A stretch of DNA of 64,000 bases. It comes from Octopus vulgaris. Lineage: Eukaryota. A program made the position numbers and the translations under genes. The notes under the pieces were generated by a model that saw nothing but the letters and a program-made list of their open reading frames with translations, did not search any database and was not told where the DNA came from. The stretch spans positions 27,342,001 to 27,406,000 of the forward strand of contig OX597827.1 in assembly GCA_951406725.2 (NCBI GenBank), given 5' to 3'. Positions within the stretch are counted from its first letter, which is position 1. Each line of letters begins with the position of its first letter. Positions 56,068 through 64,000 of this stretch are shown piece by piece.

Positions 56068-56846
56068 CCAGGCACTTCACATAACCACTTTCGAACTGCA
56101 ACTGCACAGAGCTTCAGCATCACAATCAACAATAAAAAAAAGGTGAACTAGCGAGTGAAATACGATTTGGTTTAATCCACCGTGGAGAAAGCTTGTTATA
56201 ACCTGTTTGGCAAAGGAATCCCTCTCCATAACCAGCAAATAATCCTAGAAATGCAACTCTATAAATTATACAAGAGAAACCACTGAAAAGTCAGTTGTTT
56301 TGCCTCATTCCGTTACATAACTACGGGATCTTTCAAACAATTCATACCAAATTGAAGACAATTGAGTTTGTGGACACAGTAAGTCGTATCCCTTAGATAA
56401 CCAGTGTACGAGCAATTTTATTGCATAAGGCCGCTGTAACTACTATGTCGTATATCAGTTTACCAGAAATTCCTTTAAGCACCGACAACAATAGCATATG
56501 AGATTTTACAAACATCATCGCAGACTGCATGTCACTCTCAAAGCACATATGGGCAAACGAAAGCGTGGTGTACCAGCATTGTCTAGTTTAGTCTAAACAG
56601 AGTGATCTCATACAACCAAATGTTAGTTATAATATTACTTATGTATGTTTGAGAGGTACCACATCACCTAGCATTTGTACCGGTAACGAACAAAATGACA
56701 TAATTTAAATTAACCTCCAGATACAGTATGACATTTTAGGCATCTTTATTTAGGGAAATAGCATACCTGTGACGTCCGCACTAGGTGACAAGCAGTCATC
56801 TTGTCTTTTCGTGTCAACATCTACAACAGAGTCTATAATGGGACCC

Positions 56847-56885
<39 letters not shown>

Positions 56886-57475
56886 TGGTGCTCCTGCATG
56901 ACCGCAGTCAAATAACTGGAACACGTAAAAGAATTAAACAATATATATATAAACACATACGTACATACATGCAGACAGACACACACACACATATATGTAT
57001 ATATATATACATATGTGTATATGTATATGTATATATATATCTGTGTGTGTGTGTGTGTGAATAGATATATACAGATAAATATAAGCTTTGTAAAATGAGA
57101 TAAATTATTGAGACGGTTACCGTAGTAGCTCTCAGGTATATTCCAGGTTACGGCTAACCGTATCAAGTAGTAATAAACTTCAGTGAGCGTTTAATATAAT
57201 CCCGCTTAATTCTTCGGACCAGTTACTTCGAGTTCGCATATCTGGATTATGAATATTATCAGGAATTTCAAACAATTAGAAAGAATACAGAGACTGTTAC
57301 ATTGTCAAACTTTTCTTTTAATTTTACAGCAAGTCACACAGCATAATTAGTTGATTAAAATGACCGATACGTGTTTCTCCTACGCAGAGTATGTGGAGTT
57401 GCGCATACAATCCAGTATTCAGCGTCTCGCTACCATGAAAATTGTTGGCCTTGTGCCAAAATTTGAAACCAATCA

Positions 57476-57506
<31 letters not shown>

Positions 57507-57544
57507 TGTATGTATGTATGTATGTATGTATGTATGTATGTATG

Positions 57545-57584
<40 letters not shown>

Positions 57585-57613
57585 AATATATATATATATA
57601 TACAAATATGAAC

Positions 57614-57677
<64 letters not shown>

Positions 57678-58584
57678 GTATATATATATGGAGCATATGT
57701 GTATATATTTCAATATTGACTTTTTCTCTAGGCATGCATATGCACATACGTATATATACACATATGTGCTTATATATATATATATATATAAGCACATATG
57801 TGTATATATACGTATGTGCATATGCGCATGTCTAGAGGCTCAAATTGAAAAAGGTACACAGACTCCCATACAGGCACGTATTTGGTATTTGGGTGTACAA
57901 ATGTTTTCCAGCTGAAGATTGACTGTCAACCTTTTCCATGAAAGAATTTATAAATGTGTTCCCCACTAAAAGATATTCTTTTCTATTCTAAGCACAAGGT
58001 CCGAAATCATAAATAAGGGGCCAGTCAATTAGATCGACCCCAGTACGGAACTGGTACTTAATTTATCGACCCTGAAAAGATGAAAGGCGGAGTCGACGAA
58101 CCCTACTAAAATATTGAGTAATCTTTCAGCATAATGTTAAATGTTTAAAAAGTGTACCTTGAATTGAAAACAAGCATTTATACACACACGTTCACACACA
58201 AACGCCCATACAGATACATATATCCATACCTCATACATATATCTTCGAAACACGCATTGAGTCGAAACAGGGGCAGCTGAAGAAGAGGAATATTCCTTGT
58301 ATTGTTTGTCTTGTACTCTGTTTTTTCGTTGTTAAAAAATAGTCCGTTTCCTTGTTTGATTTTATGTTTTCTTTTCTCGTTGTGTTCTACGTTTATTTGT
58401 GGTGTCCTGTACCCATATATGCATGTATATATACATATCGATGTAGGTATGTACATATATGTATGTATGTAGGTATGTATGTATGCATATGTTTTATTTA
58501 TTAAATTGTTATTATATGATTGAACGCTCGCGTCGTTTTCTTCTTCCAAGTAAGTTTTATTTCATACATACATACATACATACA

Positions 58585-58618
<34 letters not shown>

Positions 58619-58630
58619 CATACATACATA

Positions 58631-58799
58631 GGCGCAGGAGTGACTGTGTGACATGCTTACCAACCACAGTCTGCGTGGCACCTTGGGCAAGTGTCTTCTA
58701 CTATGGCCTCGGGCCGACCAAAGCCTTGTGAGTGGATTTAGTAGACGGAAACTGAAAGAAACCCGTCGTGTATATGTACATATATATATTTGTGCGCGT

Positions 58800-58863
<64 letters not shown>

Positions 58864-59070
58864 GTGTGTATATGTTTGTGTGTCTGTGTTTGTCCTCCCA
58901 ACATCGCTTGACAATCGATGCTGCTGTGTTTATGACCCCGTAACCTAGCGGTTCGGCAAAAGAGACTGATAGAATAAGTACTTAGCTAACAAAGAAAACG
59001 TCTTGGGGTCTATTTGCTCAACTGAAGACGGTGCTCCAGTATGGCCGCAATCAAATGACTGAAACAAATG
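58631..59070 (+). mobile_element. SINE family B, near full length with a deletion in the head
   Basis: Same head, internal (TG)n and tail as 41429-41895. Confidence 0.85.
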
Positions 59071-59134
59071 AATGAATAACAGAAATAATACATACACACA
59101 TATACATACATACATACATACATACATACATACA

Positions 59135-59221
<87 letters not shown>

Positions 59222-59701
59222 CGTTTTTGGATTTCAAGACTATTGAAAAGGTTGCAAGACGCAACGAAAATTTTAGGAAAATAAAAATAAGGAATAAGCG
59301 GAAATTTTAGCGGTTAGTGTGTTAAATTATAAGGCATAAAAAGAAAATGACTCTCCCCAGGAACAACAACTGTATATATATTATGTACATACACGCATAA
59401 TCATATATGTGTGTTTATATATATATATTAAGTATATATACATACCCCACCACATACATATACACACACATACATTAATGTATGAAGACTTAAACCTTGG
59501 CGGCAAAGTAGAAACAAATAAATAAAGCAATATTGGCATTTTTGATATGTGGTTCAACGGTGAGAGCTTCTAATACACCAACTCCTTTGTCATTCTTCCC
59601 GGCAGAAATGCAATGAATCTCTGATGAATGCTGTAAGATATATAAAATAAATACAGACAAATAAGGAAAAAATAATGAAGTTAGGTCGGTGTCTTATCTT
59701 A

Positions 59702-59764
59702 ATTACTAAGACGGATTAAACGACTTCGGAAGTTAAGATGTAATCGTCCGAAAGATAACTTAAT
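59702..59764 (+). ncRNA. Degenerate hammerhead motif (one core G missing)
   Basis: auua CU-AAGA c-gga-uua..gacuu-cgg-aaguu..uaa-ucg-ucc GAAA gauaac UU aau. Confidence 0.35.
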
Positions 59765-60078
59765 CTTCAACATTTCTTAGATGTTTACTCGTAGCGATAG
59801 ACCATCTGTCTGTTTGTCTGTTCGCGTGTTCCTTATCTGTTTTTTTTTTGGCATTAATATACCATCTGTTTCTTGCGTGTGAATATGTGTATATGTTGCT
59901 TTTCTTGTATATGTATTAAGAAAATCCATATTAGCTTGCATGTATACACACGTGCTCGAATGTACACTAGCATATCTAACGTATATTACATGTATGTATA
60001 TATATATATATGTATATAGGTATATATATACATAAGTATGTATGTATATAGAAATATATATATATATATACGTATAAC

Positions 60079-60140
<62 letters not shown>

Positions 60141-60368
60141 GCATGAATAAATATGAATATATACAAATACAAGCACACACAACTCACACGCCCACATGTA
60201 TACTAATATATATATATTTGCGTATATGTATGTATACATATATTTATTTGATCGCCTGTATTTCACACACAATTATCTAAAAAAATACATACACACACCT
60301 ATATGTATTCATACATTGTATATATTGTGTGTATGTATGTTTATTTTTATATGTGTACGTGTGAATAC

Positions 60369-60421
<53 letters not shown>

Positions 60422-60486
60422 GGTCCCGGGTTGAGTCGGTGTTAACCACAGTAAATAAGGTACTCAATACATAGCAGAGTAAATTA

Positions 60487-60578
60487 ATTTATTTTATAGA
60501 AGGAGCTTCTACAGGACTAGAACTGTTTCATTCATTTGAATGAAACAGTTCTAGTCCTGTAGAAGCTCCTTCTATAAA

Positions 60579-60584
<6 letters not shown>
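60487..60584. repeat. Perfect palindrome, 48-bp arms and 2-nt loop
   Basis: 60487-60534 is the exact reverse complement of 60537-60584. Confidence 0.95.
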
Positions 60585-60626
<42 letters not shown>

Positions 60627-61281
60627 TCCACTCTCCTCTTTTGGCCTGAATACCAGTGGCACAACATCCCACCTCCTACGTCACCCCAATTCTTCCCTTT
60701 TGTTAATAACTCTTCGTACAAACCGCATCAATCATTTAGCGTAACTCTTCTATATCCGCAGGATGTCACCCATAATTCTCACAGAGGCCGAACGTTACGG
60801 TGGTAAACCGGAATATTTTGACATGAGAAACCCTTTTCCATCTTGCCAACAGCTTAAGCCACGCCCAGGGTAAAAAATGTTAACTATTTCTTTCTTTTGT
60901 TTATTATTTTCCCACTCATTCCCATACAATTTTCAGACGTTATTCATTTATTTCCATTCTAAGATGTCGTTTGTTCGTGAAAATATTGTTAGAAAAAATG
61001 TGCCGGTCGCTAAAGAGCTTCCGGTTGCAGATCAAACTATTTTGAGTTTGATATCTCCGCCATATTGTCAAGTAAAACATTCAATAAAACCAGTGTTTGT
61101 CAAAGTGGGCGGTGCCATCCCTGTTGTAGTCGAGGTGGTGCCGCCCACTTTGTAATTTTTCGTATGTGCACTGTGGGCAGAGACGCGGTAGTGAGGGTGA
61201 TGGTAGTTGCATCTGTACAATATTTTAGAGATTGCGTCCTAATTCAATTTGAACTTTTAAAATGTAATATTGTGATAAACT

Positions 61282-61497
61282 AAGGTGGCAAGCTGGCAGA
61301 ATCGTTATAACGCTGCTCAAAATGCTTGGCAGCATTTCGTCAGTTTTTACGTTCTCAGTTCAAATTCCCGTTGAAGTCAACTTTATCTTTCATCTTGTCG
61401 GGGTCGATAAAATAAGTACCAGTTGAATATTGGGGTCGTTGAAATCGGCTTACACCTTGACCCGAACTTACAGGCCTTGTGCCAAAATTTGAAACCA
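61282..61497 (+). mobile_element. SINE family A copy
   Basis: aaggtggcaagctggcagaatcgtt...ggccttgtgccaaaatttgaaacc. Confidence 0.85.
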
Positions 61498-62379
61498 AAT
61501 TTTATGATAAACTGTTGTTTTTAGCTGCAATCACAGAAACAACAACAGCAATAATAACAACAGCAGCAACAGCAATACTTGTCTTCAAAATGTAAAACGA
61601 AAGAAATAAAAATAACCCGAATATGTATTACCTTTCCTTATATTCTTCACTCATAATAAGGTGGTACTGAGGTAAGTAGTCATCCGTCTCAGAATAGTAC
61701 ACGGAACTAATAGATTATTTTGGCTTGATATTCTGAGTATATACATTGAAAATGGTGGGGATAGGAATCATAGTTAGGGGAGATGTTGAAAAAGTGTTAG
61801 TAAAAATAAATACGGAACGATAATTAAACAACGTTTGAGCATCACTGAATTAAATTAGTGACTCCATCTGCTAGAAATAAAGCCAAAAATTCTTTCTTTA
61901 AATCATAATTGCTATTTTTCAAAAGAGAGGGACGAAAGCATATCGGAATGTGGAGTCCTGTATATATTCTGAGTAGTTTTTTAAAAGGATGGGATGGACA
62001 TGGTTGGAATGAAACTAAAAACAAAACGACAACATAAAAAAAACTCAAAATGTTGTTTGATAGAATTTTCTATAATAAATGTTGATTCTCTGTCCCATTA
62101 TATTTGTAATTTAAAAACAAGGAACTAAACCATAAAGGTATTTGTTATTCATAACGGATGCCAAACTTCTACAATGTATCACAAAGGGGCGCAAGGGGAG
62201 AAGAGTGACTTACGGATGAATTACCATGTGTCTGCGGGCTTTCTTGTTCCGGTTAAGGAAGTGTTACCAAAACATGCGAAGTGAAATTTCCTTAAATGGA
62301 AATGATGGAGTATAGTATCATGTGTGTAATTCTTTGAACCAAAAGGGTAAAGTACAAGCACAAAATGTACATGATACAC

Positions 62380-62630
62380 TTGTCCTGAAACCGAGGACTC
62401 ATAGGAATCCTAAGACACGAGCTTAACTCGGTTTCCATGGCGACTAGGTGATTGAGATTACAACACTCCCCCGCACATGAACGAGACGCTGGTCCTTTGC
62501 AGGGTTAACTTCCCATCTGTTACTGGAACTCATTTACAACTGAGCGGATCGGAGAATCATGAATTGAAGTTTTTGCTCCAGAACACAAAGTACCGCTCGG
62601 TCCGCAAATCAAAAAAATGATCTTACGCTT
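62380..62630 (-). mobile_element. Degenerate SINE family E copy
   Basis: cggtttccatggcg...gcagggtt...catttacaactgagcggatcggag...ttttgctccagaacacaa is similar to 39140-39357. Confidence 0.55.
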
Positions 62631-62742
62631 ATGTTTCATGAGCTGAGAGCATTTTTTATCACGTCTGGTATCCGAACACTATCATCAGTCTCTGTTAAAA
62701 AATACTGTATGACATGCCATCACAGAATAGTACACTATATAT

Positions 62743-63322
62743 ATACAAACTTTAGAGGACTGACCACTAAAAATGGACAGCCTATATGCTAGAAGTCAAA
62801 ATCGCCTATATGCTAGAAGTCTATATGCTAGAAGTCAAAATCGCCATTTTCCACGAAGAATGTGTTCTTAAGAAAAAAATTCAGCAAAAAAAGAAACAAA
62901 GTGTAAAAATAAGCAAGACAAATGAAAATATACGAAATAAAAAAAACGATTACCTATGTACTAATTAGTTTCATTTGTTAATATTTACGTATATAGATAC
63001 GCAAACATCTGCAAGATCATCAGCATAGTCTATCGCTTACAAAAAATTGTGTTTTGTAAGCGATAGACTATGCTGATGATCTTGCAGATGTTTGCGTATC
63101 CATATACGTAAATATTAACAAATGAAACTAATTAGTACATAGGTAATCGTTTTTTTTATTTCGTATATTTTCATTTGTCTTGCTTATTTTTACACTTTGT
63201 TTCTTTTTTTGCTGAATTTTTTTTCTTAAGAACACATTCTCCGTGGAAAATGGCGATTTTGACGTCTATATCGAGCATATAGACTGTCCATATTTTAGTG
63301 GTCAGTCCTCTAAAGTTTGTAT
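62743..63322. repeat. Near-perfect palindrome or foldback element of about 580 bp (7-nt loop)
   Basis: Left arm 62743-63044, loop aattgtg 63045-63051, right arm 63052-63322. The arms differ by a few substitutions and small indels, plus a tandem duplication in the left arm. Confidence 0.95.
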
Positions 63323-63501
63323 GTAAAAAAAATTTTTAAATATGCTAGGCCACTAGTTTTAATTGATTAATATCAGTTTCTACCCTTATTTAATTTTATA
63401 CATATATATATATATATGGTCTTTCAAAATGTGACATCGTGTGTACCGTTGGCGATTTTTTTCCCTCTGTCTTCCCTTCTCTGGATCTTTTCTTCTCCTA
63501 T

Positions 63502-63536
63502 GTTTCCGACGAAGAGCTCCGCTCGAAACGTTAAAC
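63502..63536 (+). ncRNA. Minimal PLE-type hammerhead with variant core CCGACGA
   Basis: guuu CCGACGA a-gagc-ucc-gcuc GAAA cg UU aaac. Stems I and II are perfect and stem III is the palindrome ACGU. Confidence 0.65.
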
Positions 63537-63629
63537 CCTCCTTCTTTCCTTCTTTCCTGAGAGTCCAATAATACTATATTTGTTCCACTTCCTCGCGTTG
63601 TTGTGTTTTTTGTGCTTTCTTGTTTGGAT

Positions 63630-63683
<54 letters not shown>

Positions 63684-63728
63684 AATGAAAGAATGGAGTC
63701 GAACGAAGATGTTAACAAAATTCCTTTA

Positions 63729-63810
63729 CTCTCGACATATGTTTCGAAGACAACATGTTTTCATTCCAAAGGAATAAAGGGTGCATTATGCAATCTTCTC
63801 ATCAGGAAAG
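63729..63810 (-). ncRNA. Type I hammerhead ribozyme, canonical core, long stem II
   Basis: Minus strand: cuuuc CUGAUGA gaaga...uuauucc-uuu-ggaaugaa...ucuuc GAAA cauaug UC gagag. Stem III is palindromic (CAUAUG); predicted cleavage is between 63734 and 63733. Confidence 0.85.
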
Positions 63811-63854
63811 AAAGGGAGCCTCTCTCAACAACAAGAGAGAGAGGGTCCCTTTCT

Positions 63855-64000
63855 TGTGTGGCTATGCGGTAAGAATTTTGCTGCTCAGCCACATGGCTCC
63901 GGGTTCAGTCCCACTGCGTGGTATCTCGGATGTCTTCTACTATAGCTTCGAACAGACCAAAGCCTTGTTGGTGGATTTGGTGGACGGAAAAATAAAAGAA
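63855..64000 (+). mobile_element. SINE family B head, running off the window end
   Basis: gtggctatgcggtaagaa...ccgggttcagtcccactgcgtgg...ccaaagccttgttggtggatttgg. Confidence 0.85.

Noticed and set aside
61525-61671. + strand exon bounded by tttttAG and GAG|GTAAGT
   Set aside because: Stops in all three frames and no other support; it could be non-coding but that cannot be shown here.

Overview
AT-rich eukaryotic DNA, dense in microsatellites and tRNA-derived SINEs. The SINE families and the (TA)n/(TATG)n/(AAT)n load suggest an octopod cephalopod (inference). Only one ORF is a convincing gene: an intronless 425-aa CDS (6517-7794, +) with a signal peptide, a TMEM145/GPR180 (GOST)-type N-terminal ectodomain, a single transmembrane helix instead of seven, and a tail carrying Tyr, PPxY and PDZ-type motifs. 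Most other listed ORFs are microsatellite or SINE artefacts. The main unannotated signal is a set of at least ten type I hammerhead-ribozyme motifs of the Penelope-like (PLE) minimal kind, ranging from intact to degenerate. They include convergent pairs facing (TA)n tracts and a head-to-head palindromic element built as tRNA-like Pol III head + microsatellite + hammerhead. There are also several long palindromes or MITEs (about 580 bp at 62743-63322), a possible antisense micro-exon and a perfect DR1 site. Coordinates were read by eye, repeat boundaries are approximate, and no searches were run.
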